In this document: positions 35,049 through 49,167 of the stretch, one piece after another
How the letters are laid out: every line of letters begins with the position of its first letter
How positions within the stretch are numbered: the stretch's first letter is position 1
Source of the DNA: Zootoca vivipara
Lineage: Eukaryota
Direction: 5' to 3'
Assembly (NCBI RefSeq): GCF_963506605.1
Contig: NC_083287.1
Span: forward strand, 20,646,064 to 20,710,000
DNA length: 63,937 nucleotides
The notes under the pieces: generated by a model
What the model was told of the DNA's origin: nothing
What the model saw: the letters and a program-made list of their open reading frames with translations, nothing else
Databases searched by the model: none
Made by a program: the position numbers and the translations under genes

Positions 35049-36872
35049 AGGGTAGTATTAAATTCTTCAGGTGACAGCGTTCTGTAACAGTTTTCTGAAA
35101 CGCTTTTGTAACAAGAATATAGCAGCGTCTGTCCATCTTTACAAGTAGATAGTACACAAATTGCTAATTTGATCTGATAAAATTTCTACTGTTTTATTGC
35201 TGTTCATTTTGTTTTATTTCATTTTTTGCTTTATTATGTTTTAAGGATTAAATTTTGTAACCTGCCCTAGGATGCTTTTTTTTTTTGTAATGAACAGCAG
35301 GCTATAAATACTTTAAATAAATAAAACAGCAGTGACTTAAGATCTGGTTAATAGGAAGTTTCTGTAGCTCAGTGTTACTTCACATGCTTTCTATGCAGAA
35401 TATTCCAGGTTCAATCCCCAACAATTTCAGATATGGCTAGGAAAAGCTGTTTAAACCCTAGGATGTAGCTGCCAATCAGCATAGACAATACTGAGGTAGC
35501 TAGATCAATGATCTGACTTAGTAAAAAGTAGTTTTCTGTGTTGTTTTGAACTGTTTTTAAGCTATTTCCACAGCCTTGGGAGGTATGGGATAGGTGACAA
35601 CAACAACAATAACAACAACAACTCCAGCAGCTTCAAGATTAAATTAAGATGATTGGCAGCTGGGGAAAATGGTGAATGCTTTCTTTCCACGTATGATCTC
35701 ACATCTCCACTTTTTTTCACTAAAGAGGAAGTGCTACCAGAGGTCAGCCCATGCTAGAGTAAAACATCAAAATTTAATAGCTCTTTGTTTGCAGAATGCC
35801 TAACATATCTTGCACAACACCACCAAGAGAACAGATTTTCACTAAAACAAACCTCCTTATTGCCCCTTACAAAACATCTTTTTAATAAAATGTTTATCAA
35901 ATTGCAGTATTTCTAAAAGTATCAGAACTCAATGTATTTTAATAACATTAAAATATTTAAATAACATGTGCTACATGGACCATCTAGGACTAGGTAGAGT
36001 AGGGGATTTGGTTGTAACTGTAATTTTTATTCTAATTAATGTAAATTCATTACACTTTTGTGCAAAAATATTTGTTTAGATTGAATGTCAGAATTCTTGT
36101 TTCCCCACCCTTAAAATAATCTTGATTTACCAATTGAGTCTTTTGCCTTATTTTACGCTAAATAGATAATTTGTAATTTATATCTCTCAAACAATTCCCA
36201 GTTGGATTTTTCATGCACTGAAAAGTCAGATGCCTGACATTACTGTGCAAAGTTAAGTGCTTGGGGTTAATGAACAGCATTAAATTTTATGAAGCCATGT
36301 CCACTAGATGTTAAAAGAAGCTTAAGGGAACTTACTAACAGATAAAAAATTAGCATTGGCACGGAAGAATGCCTGAGGGAGCTCAGTTCTGTGTAAAGTA
36401 TAGTTGGGTGGCATATAGACATTCTATCATTAGGATAAATATTTCTGTTAGGAAATTGATTTTGTCTCTGCAAAATGATCACTGTGCTGATGCATAGGTA
36501 CCATGTAAAATATAGCTAGAGATCCTAGGGCAGGCCTTTGTAAGTAAATATTGAAATTCTCTCAGGGCTCATGCATGGTATTGCAAATGAACACTCTATT
36601 TATAGCTGGGTTATATTTAAGCCCTTTACGCAAGAAGTAATATGTTGGTTTCTTCATACTCTTGTTCTGTTTCTGGCTGTGTCTTGGAACAGCAATTTCC
36701 AAGGTTGCCTCGTTTAACACTATTAGATTTTACTGGCCAAATTGCTAAATTACTTTCTTAGTGACGGAAATCTTCTCTACATCACTTCCATACATAGATC
36801 TCTTCACTGAATCATTATAATGGAAAAGATCCAGTGGAATATGTTGTCAATCTCATTGCTCAGACATATCTT

Positions 36873-37228
36873 AAAGGTAAAAGGTAAAAGACCCCTGGGC
36901 GGTTAAGTCCAGTCAAAGGCAACTATAGGTTTGCGGTGCTCCTCTCACTTTCAGGTGGAGGGAGCCAGTGTTTGTCCACAGACAGCTTACCGGGTCATGT
37001 GGCCAACATGACTAAACCGCTTCTGGCGCAACGGAACAAGTGCCAGAGCGCACAGAAACACCGTTTACCTTCCCACCGCTGCAGTACCTATTTACCTACT
37101 CGCACTGGTGTGCTTTCGAACTGCTAGGTTGGCAGGAGCTGGGACAGAGCAATGGGAGCTCACCCTGTCATGCGGATTCGGACCGCCAACCTTCTGATCT
37201 GCAAGCCTAAGAGGTTCAGTGGTCTAAA
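36873..37228 (-). mobile_element. Sauria SINE
   Basis: AAAGGTAAAAGGTAAAAGACCCC tail in reverse complement through to the tRNA-like head. Confidence 0.92.
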
Positions 37229-39084
37229 ACCTACGAGACAGATGTCTGGCCAACATCTGCTGCAGAAAAGGAAATGTGAAAATCTCCCTAACATTTTTTG
37301 TGCTACTGTTCCTTTAGTTAGGAAGTTCTTTCTTATTCTCAATGCAAATGTCCATGGTGGCTAGAATCTCTTTATTCCTATGGATAAAATATACTGATGT
37401 CCCTCTTCCTGCTCTCTATGATTTGTCCTCCTTTCATATTTAAGGCCCAGCTGACATCATTTGCCTTTAAAGGTTTGGTAGGAATATAGCATACTATCCC
37501 CACTCACTTCTGTTTAGATGTCATTATACTGAAGCAGAACACTGATGCATATAGCTCAATATTGTTTATACTGACTGGCAGCAGCTCTCCTGATTTCAAA
37601 CAGGGGTCTCTACCTGGAAATTGGACCTGCGACTTTCTGCATGTAAAGCAGATGCTCTGCCACTGAACTATTTCCCCCATTCAAATCTCCTGTTACTGTA
37701 GGATCCAAGCATATCTCTTTGACATACGAACTGCTTCCAGTTTGGTCTGGTCTCATGCCACTACCAGAGGTCTAGAAATTAGTCAAATGGGCAACATATA
37801 AATAATAAATTGTTGTTGTTGTTAATACTAGTGAAAATAGCAAAATGTGTACATTGGTCAAAATTGCACATAAAGTGCTTATTTGAGGAAAATCACACTA
37901 AAATGCTGGTGAATTTTCATAAGGTTTTTTTTTCTAAAACCACAAATAGCTGCAAAATGTGGAGAATTTAATTTAAGATTGGGAAAAAGAGAAACAGAGA
38001 AGTGAAATTGACAGATCATTCTATTGTTGAGAGCTATATATTGAACGATGGAGCAGAGATAACAAGAGAATCTTCGTAGGTGAGCAAACAAATTTTCAGC
38101 GTGGGTTGGCACCCTGATTTATTTAAATGACAGGCAGTTTTGTACCCCCCCTCCCGTTTCTTGCAGTTAACGGGGAAGACCTTGGGAGTGACGTGGCTTT
38201 GTGGCAGAGAACTGCTGAATCAGAATAAATGTGTACAAAAACACTTTATGTTAGAGTTACAAACTATGCAGCAATACACACACCTCATGTTTCCTTCCTA
38301 GCTAACCACCAATTATCAGAATGGCAGATCAGTCCGGGTCCCAGATGAATTTTTGAAATGTTTAACTGTCTTGCTTACTCAGATGATTCATTAGGTTGGG
38401 CAACATTTGTGTAGGTTTGATGATGAGCATATCATTTCTATCATGCACACATTGCCTACAACAGACCAAACACTAGGATTGATTCTAACCTAATTAATTT
38501 GACAGAGCCAAAGTTTATTTATTAATTTTCTTAGCAGTCTTTGAACTGAATTTAGTTCTTAAAGTAACTTATTAAAAATAACAAATAATAGCTTTAAACC
38601 ATAAGGCAACCACATTTATTAATATTGTAAATTAAAATATTAACATACAGCAAGGAAAAAATCAACAAAATTAAAAAGTAGAGCTGCTACTTAATTAAAT
38701 AAATCTTAATTGATTAATTATATGAGTTTTTGTCAGTTAACCTGTTAATTGATTAAATTTGCACATGAAAAATAGTAATTTTAAAGAAAACAACAAACTT
38801 TGTTTCAACATTACACAATGTATACTGAATGAGAGAAAGCTTCTTTTGAAAGATGTTCCTCACCATCCATAATTTCGGTAAGCATTATATTAAAAATAAT
38901 ATAATGCCCGATTAACTGGGGGTACTATTTCAGACTATAAAAATAGTTTAAATTTTTAACCTAACAAATTAATAAATCTTATGTTTTAACCCTACTTTAA
39001 AGGCATTTTGTATGTTCATCTTCAGATGTTCCTGAATAAAAGAAGCAAGCAGCAGGCCCTGTGAGGCATTTAAAATAGCAATAC

Positions 39085-39418
39085 TGGAAGAGACGCAGAA
39101 GCATGCCATGGTTTATGCTATCAAAAGCCATGAAGAGGTGAAGCAGGAGCCATAGGGTCATACTCCCCTTTTCCTTCTCCAGAAGCCCAGACCCTAGTAA
39201 CCTCTATGGCTCCTGCTTCATCTCTTCGTGGCTTTTGATAGCATAAACCAGGCACCCCCAAACTTCGGCCCTCCAGATGTTTTGGACTACAATTCCCATC
39301 TTCCCCGACCACTGGTCCTGTTAGCTAGGGATCATGGGAGTTGCAGGCCAAAACATCTGGAGGGCCGCAGTTTGGGGATGCCTGGCATAAACCATGGCAC
39401 ACTTCTGTATCTCTTCCA
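39085..39418. mobile_element. Old palindromic MITE interrupted by a hAT MITE
   Basis: GCCATGGTTTATGCTATCAAAAGCCATGAAGAGGTGAAGCAGGAGCCATAG pairs with CTATGGCTCCTGCTTCATCTCTTCGTGGCTTTTGATAGCATAAAC[insertion]CATGGC. Confidence 0.75.
39249..39384. mobile_element. hAT MITE, 136-bp family
   Basis: TIRs; perfect TSD GCATAAAC. Confidence 0.93.
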
Positions 39419-40025
39419 TTAGTTGGAGTGGGGGGCACTGTTTTATTGTGGTGGTGCTCCTGCTTAGGAGGTCCATTTCGGAGAGTAGCATGCTTCCTCA
39501 TCTTTGTAGTTGGAATGTTGTGTGCTGCAAGGTGCTATGTTGCCTCCAGTACTATTCAACGTTTATATGAAGCCATTGGGGGCGGTCTTCAGGAGATTTT
39601 AGAGCACCGTGTCATCTGTATGCTGATTATATTCGGATCCAATCCACTCTGAAACTTCAGTTGAAATGGGTCCACGTCTTAAAGGAGGGGACTGTTTAAC
39701 ACAGCTGGAGCACAGTGGGACACAAAGATAATTATATATATTTCTATAATAAGTTTTCAATACCTTGCATATTGCTTTCTTTTCTGATTAGATACTGCTT
39801 GAAAATTCCACATCTCCAATGAGGAGGGCTTAGTGCACTGAATCCAAAATTCACTATTATCTGATCAAATTTTGCTGTTGTAATAAATTGAGAAAACTAC
39901 ACTCTCTCCATCCTTGTTTTACAGTTCTAATTTAAGATATTTCCCAGAATTTCCAAACACACCCTTTCCTTTTCCCGGCAATTGATAGTGTAGGACCTGG
40001 AGAACAAAGGAGAGTAACAGCATGT

Positions 40026-40091
40026 AGGGAAAGAAATGAAGCCATGGCCTTGGGAAGCAGGGAAAGAAATGAAGCCATGGCCTTGGGAAGC
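40026..40091. repeat. Perfect 33-bp tandem duplication
   Basis: AGGGAAAGAAATGAAGCCATGGCCTTGGGAAGC twice. Confidence 0.95.
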
Positions 40092-40327
40092 AGGCTCAGT
40101 GGTGTTATGGCTTGGCAACTTCCAAGGCCTATAGACTGCAAGCAACTCACTGCTGGTTGGAATTGTTGATGATGTCACTGAGCACAACCATCATTGCTCA
40201 GTGTTGCATGCATGCTTAGGCATCCTCATGTGGAAATTGCCTTCCAATAGAATGGGGTCTGTTGTTGCTGCAGGAGGTGTGATATAGTCATAGCATCCTT
40301 TAAAAATGTAATCCAACTAAACAAATG

Positions 40328-40328
<1 letters not shown>

Positions 40329-40381
<53 letters not shown>
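40329..40381. repeat. (ATT)n microsatellite
   Basis: Read directly. Confidence 0.97.
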
Positions 40382-40778
40382 CCAATTTAACCAAGTGTAA
40401 TATCTATGTATAGATTGTGGGTATATTGCAGAATAAAGGTCCCAGCCCTGTGCTGCCTAGATTCTACAAAAGGCAAAAAGCCAGCACTAGCGAGAAGAGT
40501 ATCTGCTGGTGTGAAATTTCTGACAAGTTTGGCACCATCTCACACTCCTCTGCCCAGTTATGAGTTTCCATATGGAAAAGGTTGGTGACTCCTGTACTAT
40601 GGTTCTGTTGAAATCAGTAGGAAGAGTTGTCCACTATTTGTGCCACTGATTTCAATGGAATTTAAGCACAACTAACTTATAATACATTCCTATACATGCA
40701 TTCTCAGAAATCTGCCCCATTAAGATCAGCAATACAAAACCGTGTACACTATACATGGCCATCCCTACCCACAATTGA

Positions 40779-41005
40779 GATGGCTTTAAAAGAGGATTAC
40801 TGTAGACAAATTATTGGAGGATAAGGTTGTGCTACCCCCATTGCCAGTAAACCTCTGAATACTAGCTGCAAGAACCCACAGAAAGGGAAAGTGCTCTTGC
40901 TGTCAGGTCCTGTTTGCGGGCTTTCCACAGGCAATCGATTGGCTACTGTGAGAACAGGATGTCAGGCTAGATGAGTCATTTGCCTGATCCAGCAGGCTCT
41001 TCTAT
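40779..41005 (+). mobile_element. CR1 LINE 3' fragment
   Basis: GATGGCTTTAAAAGAGGATTA..GACAAATT...GGCTACTGTGAGAACAGGATG...CTGATCCAGCAGGCTCTTCT. Confidence 0.75.
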
Positions 41006-43057
41006 AACTGCTTACCTGGGATTAAGCCCCATTTGACTAAATTTGTCTTAGTTTTGAGTAGATATGTATAAGATTGTACTGTTAGCCTGCATCTAACCCA
41101 CGGAAGTGTGGTGGTTCTAGGTTATCATGCATTAGGTGAAGGGGAAAAATGCATAGGAAGCTATTAGAACAACAACAAAAAGGATATTTCTGCTAACATA
41201 GCAAATAATTATAGATTTTGAGTAAGTATGTTAGAACACTCCTTACTGAATGTTTGTAGAAAGTTGTGTCACTCTGCCCTTGTAGTATGTTTTCTCCTTT
41301 AGCCGTGTGAAGTCTCAGCAGCTTCTCTGTGTTAGATTTTTCCTCCCGTCAAACAAGCTGTCATTTTCCACATATATATGTCAATTTTGCTTTCCCACTT
41401 AACAATTCTTCTAGCTTCAGCTGCTGCAGATTTAGGCTGAGATCCAGAGGGGCACAGGCTACCGTCTGCATGCGCACCCAATTTTATTTTGAGTTTCCCT
41501 TGCAAAAGCTGCCCTTTCAATGTCTATAAATGACTATTTAAAACCCTCCGCGTTTAAAAAACAGTATGCGGATTTGGCAGAAGAATTGATTTAAAAGAAA
41601 ACAACAGTTGCCTAGAAGTTAGGGTAAAATATTTTCCCAAAATTGATAATAGAACACTAATGTGTAAGTTTTACAATATCATATTGTTAGAATAAAATTC
41701 AAAACTTCACTCAATATGTAAATATTGTTAAGACTATTACATCTAAAATTCAAATCATATCTATGATAATAACAAAGTTATCAAAACATAATTAATTCTG
41801 ATAATTTTAAATGGTATTCTGCCATATCTGCTTGTTATTGTATGTTCTGTATTAACTTGCTATTGTTAGTTTAATATGTTATTGTTTATTTCATTTCATT
41901 TGCTTTTATGTGTACCTGTGTTCTTTTGGCATTAGCAAGTTTTGTATTTTTAAAGAAATACGTTCTGTATTTTAAAGTAGCCAAGGTGTGAAGGTAAAAT
42001 AAGATAATTGAATAATTTTTCAGAAGGAAGGGGCTGGTCAGATAGTTTGTATAGCATTGGCAGCCAATTTGGAACTGGGGGAGTTCAGTAAGTGTCATAC
42101 CAGTATTAGATGAGCTCAAAGTGCTTTAGATTTGTGTCTGGTCATATTGAGTTTTGCACTTCGCAGCCTCCAGCCTTCCCTTCCTTCCCTATTGCTACCT
42201 CTACTTAGTGGCAGGGTAGGATCAATGGACAATAGCTTTATTTGGCAATGCCTGTTTCAAATCTAGCCCAATGCAGTTTGTCATTAATTCTTTATAAGAG
42301 TATGGAATGGGAGGCAATGCTCCAAAGGAATAAAGACTTAAGGATGTAAACTAAACTATGGTTTAGCATTACATGAATTCCAATAGCCTCTGACTTGTGT
42401 TAGCTAGAACTATTCTGGATTTCCAAGCTGAAATTGAATTGAATACAGTCATGTGAACCTATGGCAGGGAAGAAGACCCTGTCAAGCAGCGGGTCTGTTG
42501 TATAAGCAGCTAAATGATGTGATTTTATTTTATTTTATTACAAGACTGAAGAAATCTTGGGTAAAGCATGTTTTATATATACATACTAATGTATGCTGAG
42601 AATCTTTATCTGTAGTGTGTTAAAATAGAACCTGTTAAAAAGAGATGCTTTTTTAAATTTGATATTACACATTTGAATTTATGATATAGAAAAGCCTGAC
42701 TGTGTGGTCTGAAGTTGACATTCAAGATCAATTAAGCTGCTGAAGAATGCTGCAGTATGAATTAAGCTGCAGTATGAATGCATACTGTCAAAATGCATTT
42801 GGCAATTTTAACAAGGGAATTATTCATATCTGTATAACATTTATTTTCATTTTCATGAATTCAATAAAATTAAAGATCGGGTGAGAACTGAAGGCTGCAG
42901 TACTCAGGTTATAAGGACACTCCTGCTCAAATGGTTGCAAGAATAATTGAGGTGAGAGCAGCACACCTCATGCAGGTCTACTCCATTTTGGTTGAACACC
43001 CAGCTCTTGACCAGCTGCTGCCTTGACACCTTGACTCCATCTCCAGGAACAAAAATA

Positions 43058-43229
43058 CAGCGGTACCTCAGGTTAAGTACTTAAGTACCTCAGGAAGTCC
43101 GTACTTAACCTGAAGCAAACTTTCCCATTGAAAGTAATGGAAAGTGGATTAATCCATCCCAGACGGGTCCGCGGAGTACTTAAACTCAAAGTACTCAAAC
43201 CGAAGCATACTTAAACCGAGGTATGACTG
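43058..43229. mobile_element. Tc1/mariner MITE (same family as 836-1007, opposite orientation)
   Basis: TA|CAGCGGTACCTC...GAGGTATGACTG|TA. Confidence 0.9.
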
Positions 43230-43373
43230 TACCTCAACTTGGAGTACTGAAGCGCTCCAGTGAAGATTGGTGGGCTGTGGTTGGCTGCCCATATGGGTGG
43301 CAAATCACACTCAATGTGTTTGTTCCTTCTAGGGAACTATGGACCAGACTCCAAGCCTCTTTATTCCCCAGTA

Positions 43374-43608
43374 AAGGTAAAGGGACCCCTGACCGTTAGG
43401 TCCAGTCGCAGACGACTCTGGGGTTGCAGCACTCATCTCGCTTTACTGGCCGAGGGAGCCGGTGTACAGCTTCCGGGTCATGTGGCCAGCATGACTAAGC
43501 CGCTTCTGGCGAACCAGAGCAGCGCACAGAAACGCCGTTTACTTTCCCGCCGGAGCTGTACCTATTTATCTACTTGCACTGCGTGCTTTCGAACTGCTAG
43601 GTTGGCAG
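43374..43608 (-). mobile_element. Sauria SINE, 5'-truncated
   Basis: TSD TTCCCCAGTA on both sides. Confidence 0.94.
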
Positions 43609-43747
43609 TTCCCCAGTAGGAACTGACAATCTGTGTAGCATTTCCAGCTGGACAGGTGACCATCTGGCATCTTTTAGTCCCTCTCCCAAAAATTATTGTT
43701 ATTTTTTAATCCTTTGGAATGGGGACATGATAACAGTCAGAGGAGTA

Positions 43748-43991
43748 CAGTGGTACCTCAAGTTACAAACGCCTCAGGTTACAAACGCTTCAGGTTACAA
43801 ACTCCGCTAACCTGGAATAGTTACCTCGAGTTCAGAACTTTGCCCCAGGATGAGAACGGAAATTGTGTGCCGGCGGCGCAGCGGCAGCAGCAGGAGGCCC
43901 CATTAGCAAAAGCATGCCTCTAGTTAAGAACAGTTTCAGGTTAAGAACGGACCTCCGGAACAAATTAAGTTCGCAACTAGAGGTACCACTG
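43748..43991. mobile_element. Tc1/mariner MITE
   Basis: TA|CAGTGGTACCTC...GAGGTACCACTG|TA with internal GTTACAAAC repeats. Confidence 0.92.
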
Positions 43992-46900
43992 TAGTGGCAT
44001 TTATACACTTTGAGCATTTATTTCATATTTAACTTTGATTTTATTGCTTTTACAATATTAAACATTAGTACTCTGCCAGAAAAGTTGTTTTCAAATTGGA
44101 CCTGAGCTTCTATGTAAACACTTCACTATTTGTTGGTTATCAATCACCTCCAATTTTATGTATTTTTCAAAGGAAAATTTCCACAAACTGCTGTGCACCC
44201 TTGTATTTGCATAGCACTAATAGCAGCTCCTTACAATGAATTTTTGTTGTTGTTGTTTTACAATGGCAGCTCCTAGTTTACATGCTTACAGTGTGACCCT
44301 AGGTATGTCTACAATAGAAGTAAGCACCATTAAATTCACTTAGGCTTACTCCCAGGTTAGTGTGTATAGAGTTGCAGCCATAATCTTCTTGCTTGACACA
44401 ATTACCGTAATGCTCCAGGTTTTTCAGCTTCGCAGTGTGTGCTACAGTAGTGCTTGACGAAAACATCTTTTACTTAAAATTGTGCAAATGAAGATATTAA
44501 CTGTCTTAACTTTTAGAACCAGTCAGGACTAATTTTTATTCACAGAGGAAGCTAGAAGCTGAACTTCTCTCTTACCTTTTCATTGTGAAAAGGAGACTGT
44601 ATTTCAAGAGGTGAACTTCAGCCATTTGGTATGTTTTTACAGTTTGTTGTACGTTTGTTAGTTTTGATTCCCCCCCCCCCAAAAAAAACTACAGTATTGC
44701 AGGAACCAATGATTATGACAAGGTGTCTGTAGACCGAGAAGCAAGTGTTGCTGCACTAAAGCATGAAGGTGCAAATGTTTTCACCCGCTTTTTGTTTCAG
44801 GCAGCCTCATTGCCTCCCACACGCAGCATTTCACTTCAGCACTGTTTTAAACTGTAAAATATCTATATTGCTGTTTGGGCTTTTGGGTGGCTCAAAGAGT
44901 AGTTTTGTGTTAGCTTTTGAGAAGGAAGGGTTCCCCTCCAATCAAAAAGATTATCCATAGTAAACAATGATGGGCAGCTCCCCTCTCCAAATCTTCATTC
45001 AGAATGTGCTTAGTTAAACTGAATTATTTGCTCCGCAAAATCACCAAGTTCAGCTCCAGCCATACTCCCAATGTCTTCATTTGCAGCACAACCTAAACCT
45101 ACCATACCCCTCTGTGGACCTCGAAAACATGCAACCCCCTTCACAAACCCCTCAAATTTAAGGAGGCCATAAGGATGGCTGGAGCCAGAGCTTTTATTAC
45201 ACCCTGGAACGCTGCATCAGAACCTCAGGCACCAAGTCCCTGGGAAATGAAGTTTCTGAGGGTCCTTAAAAAGAACTCAATTCCACTGAAAGTTCTTCCT
45301 CTTCGCATTATGGAGGCCTCCAAGCCATTATTCTCTGCTGCCGCTGCCCAGTAGATTTGAACTGGAAGAGAAATGGGCATCTGTAGCTTGGACTGGTAAG
45401 GGCCTAGTGCCCCTAGTCCATTAGGTCCCAGACATGCACTATAGAGTGATTTTGGATTTGTAATGAACATGAAACTTCTGAACTTCAGAAGTTAATTATT
45501 GACTGCCTATACACACACATATATATCACTACAGTTGCCTTGCTTGTAGCTTTCAAACTTTGCAGTACTGTATTCAAATACAGTGCTGTCTTCTATGAAT
45601 TTAATGCTATGTTACTGAAAACCTGCCTTAAACTTTAGTACTTGATTATATCTGTGTTTGTTTTCATGAAGAATTACAACCTTTGCATGATGTCATAGGC
45701 TGATGACTTAAAGGGTCGCGATTATTAATAGCTTGTGTTTTCCCCATTAGTAAATAAGATAAGATTTAAACTTCCAACAGCAGCAAACTCTTGTCTTTAT
45801 AGATTACACTACAGTAATCACTTAAATGATTCCCCCCTTTTAAAATTCTGAAATATATTTTGCATTTTCACTTTGGGAAACTTCAGCAACTCCCTTGGAG
45901 TGTAATGTACTTCAATTTTTTGCAGCCTAATAATTATTTTATAAATATCAGAAGTGCAGTGCACTTAATTCTTTAGCTGAAGGCATTATATTCAGTTTCT
46001 GTACACTGCTTCGAGCTTGCTCCATTTAATCATTTTAAAAGCTTAGTTGGTGTAAATTGAATTTAACACTGTAGTTGCAAGGGTGTTATGTAAAAAGTCC
46101 AAAAGGAGCGCTTATGGCACAGGATCTTATTGATCTTAAACTCTCTAGCACCCTCTATTGTCATGTACAAGCAATATCAAGTGTATTATCTTTAACAACC
46201 GGATGGCCATCAAATTTATCAAAGTATGTTTGATGCTGATCTTTCAAATATGTACTTTGTCGTTTGCATAATTTAGCAAAAGTTACATTTTAAAAACTAA
46301 ATTAAGCTTTATTTTCTATCTTACTGTGTTCATCAAATGGTGGTATTTTGGTTTCTTGTAGCCTTTAAAAAGACTCACTCTGTTTTGTGTGGGGTTTCTT
46401 TTAAAGAGATGTTTAAATTCTGCAGATTTCATATACATGAGCTTCAGAAGTAAAAATTGTCTGTTTTCTGTATACCCTGAAATTGTTACTGTATGCTTCA
46501 AAACAGGAAGAACCTGAAATTGTCCGTACTAAAATTAAGAATTTATAACTGTATGGAACAGATGTTTTCATAAACATTTGCTATAATTAATTTCAACAGG
46601 GGGATTGGAGGAACAAAGCAGTTGCTCCCTTCTCTAAACTTAAATGCCTTCTTCCCATACAGCAAAACCAGAAATCTTTTCTTTAATACTGTTAATGAAA
46701 TAAATTTACTTCTCTGTTTGTTTTTTACAACGAAAAAGAAAACATTAATTTTGCATTGTATTCTTATCTTTGAAATGGTGGGAAAGCATTCTGTAAATGA
46801 CATTATTTATCTTAGATAAGTCTTTTTTTTAAATCTAACTCTGTTACATAAGGTTCTCCTTACTACTATGTTAGTAGTATTATATAAAGAGGTAAAAATC

Positions 46901-48570
46901 ATGGGACATATTACAGTATATGGGATAGTGTTGTATATTGAAGCTTTTTATATTTGGCACCACTATTTAATTTTTAATTTTTTAATTTTTTGGTGGGCGA
47001 TATATTTTGAGGGAAGTACCTGTTATCATTATTGCTGATTTTTTGAATGAGTAAATGTGCTGTATTCTAATAATATGTGTATTCTGGCCTCCAAGTTGTT
47101 GTTAATTGAATTTATACCCTACCTTGTGACCTCAGCAATTTTCTTCCAAAGGCCATGATTCAAAAGCAGTACATATTAGCAACCACATTTGAATATTATG
47201 TTTACTGTTGCTACAGAGAGGGGGAAAGTATCCACTTACCAGAATCTTCTTTACCATCTTTGATGGCAATTTATTTTCCTCACTATTTCTGCACTTTATA
47301 AAAATACTGCTTAATTGAGAGAGCATTTTTTTTAAAAAAAGTTTTAAAATAAGCACAGCCTAATTGTTCTACACCTGAAAGCTCTACTGCAGCTGCAAGA
47401 AATTTTGAGCAAACCAGTATTCTTGACTGATCTGTCATCTACAAAGTGTGCAAAGAAAAATAGGTAGCTGTCATTAAAATTACATTTCAGCTTTCAATAA
47501 CCATTTAATGAGTAGTGTAATTATATAAGTATGGTACCTCAAGTACTTCACTCAATAATTAAAAAATAATCTCATCTTTAAAGTGAAAGCTCTAATTATT
47601 ATTTGACTTAACCAGGACCACTGTTATGATCTCCAGTGGCATCTCAGAGTGTTTTGAAGGTATAAATTAAAGCTGAATAAATCATTAAATTATTAAGCTT
47701 TAAATATGCTTTAAAAAGTATGTGGTATTTTAAAAATATGCTACTGCAATTTATAACTTCATAATGTAAGCAAATTCTTTCTATTACTTTTTTCTTCTCA
47801 GAGATCACAAATTATGCTATATATATATATATATATATATATATGCATATGATTTAGTCTTTAGAGCAGAAACCGGGGGTGATTATTACCAAGCATTAAC
47901 CATGAAAACATGATTTAATGCAGTTCTAGTTTCTTAGCAGTAATGCATCATTTTATTTATAGGCTGGGAAGATAGAAATTTGAACTACAAAACATTTTGT
48001 CATTCAAAGCAAAATCCCTTTTCTCATATTTTCCATTTGTACAAATATTGTCAGCCAGACACCATATAGGGTTACAAAGTGCGGTCATTTCTAGTCTTAG
48101 CCGAAAGAGTGGTCAAATCTTATCTTAGCTTAAATAAATGAATATCATTTCTTTCTCTGCATTATCCCATATTTAAGTACCAAAGTATGTGGATAAGTGT
48201 TTGTGCACTACACGCTTTCACCATATGGTAATTTACATGATTGCAGCACTTCTAAGCAACTGCAACTATGACTGCGGAAATCGCTTCAATTTTAACATAT
48301 GTATCATAAAACATTACACATTTCTGCATGTGATTCTGTACCCCATGGCTAGAATTGCATGCCACAATATATTAATTGGCATTCAGAAGAACATGCATGG
48401 CAATCTCATGACAAGGTACTGGTGTTGGCAGACCAGAAACATATAATAGTGACTACTCTAATCCCTATTCATGGAGGCAGTACCAATATATCTTGTGCCC
48501 ACAAGATTTCACTGCTCATGTCTGCATCAAGCAGCCCTTGTATTTCTGGCAGAAGATAATCAATTAGATA

Positions 48571-48810
48571 CAGTCGTACCTTGGAAGTCGAATGGAATCT
48601 ATTCTGGAAGTCCGTTCGACTTCCAAAACCAAAGTGCGGCTTCAGATTGCCTGCAGGAAGCTCCTGCAGCCAATCGGAAGCCACAGAAGCCCCGTCGGAC
48701 GTTTGGCTTCCAAAAATAGTTTGCAAACCGGAACAGTCACTTCCGGGTTTGCAGCGTTCGGGAGCCAAAACGTTCGAGAACTAAGCTGCTCGAAAACTAA
48801 GGAACGACTG
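48571..48810. mobile_element. Tc1/mariner MITE
   Basis: TA|CAGTCGTACCTT...AAGGAACGACTG|TA. Confidence 0.9.
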
Positions 48811-48939
48811 TACTTATCAGATAGAGAACTGATCAAGAGTATAAAACTCAGTTTATTGGGAAATAGAGTGTGAAGCTATAAGAATAAGTCCCATTTCACT
48901 CAGTGGGGCTTATTTCAGGGTAGACCTGGGCTCCTTCTC

Positions 48940-49167
48940 TCATGACTTCCCCCAAGAACCCTTGGAACTGTAGTTTACTAAGAGGCCGAGAATGGTTAGG
49001 AGACCCCTATTTCTCCCAGAGTTACAGTTTGCAGCATGGTTTAACAATCAACCCCTCTTCCCATGGAACTCTGGAAATTGTAGCCCCGTGTGTAGAATAG
49101 GGGTCTCCTAACAACTTCCAGTACCCTTAGCAAACTAAATTTCCCAGAATTCTTTGGGGGAAGCCAT
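48940..49167. mobile_element. Older palindromic MITE
   Basis: CATGACTTCCCCCAAGAA...GAACTGTAGTTT / AAACTAAATTTCCCAGAATTCTTTGGGGGAAGCCAT inverted ends, with an internal AGGAGACCCTATT / AATAGGGGTCTCCT pair. Confidence 0.7.
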
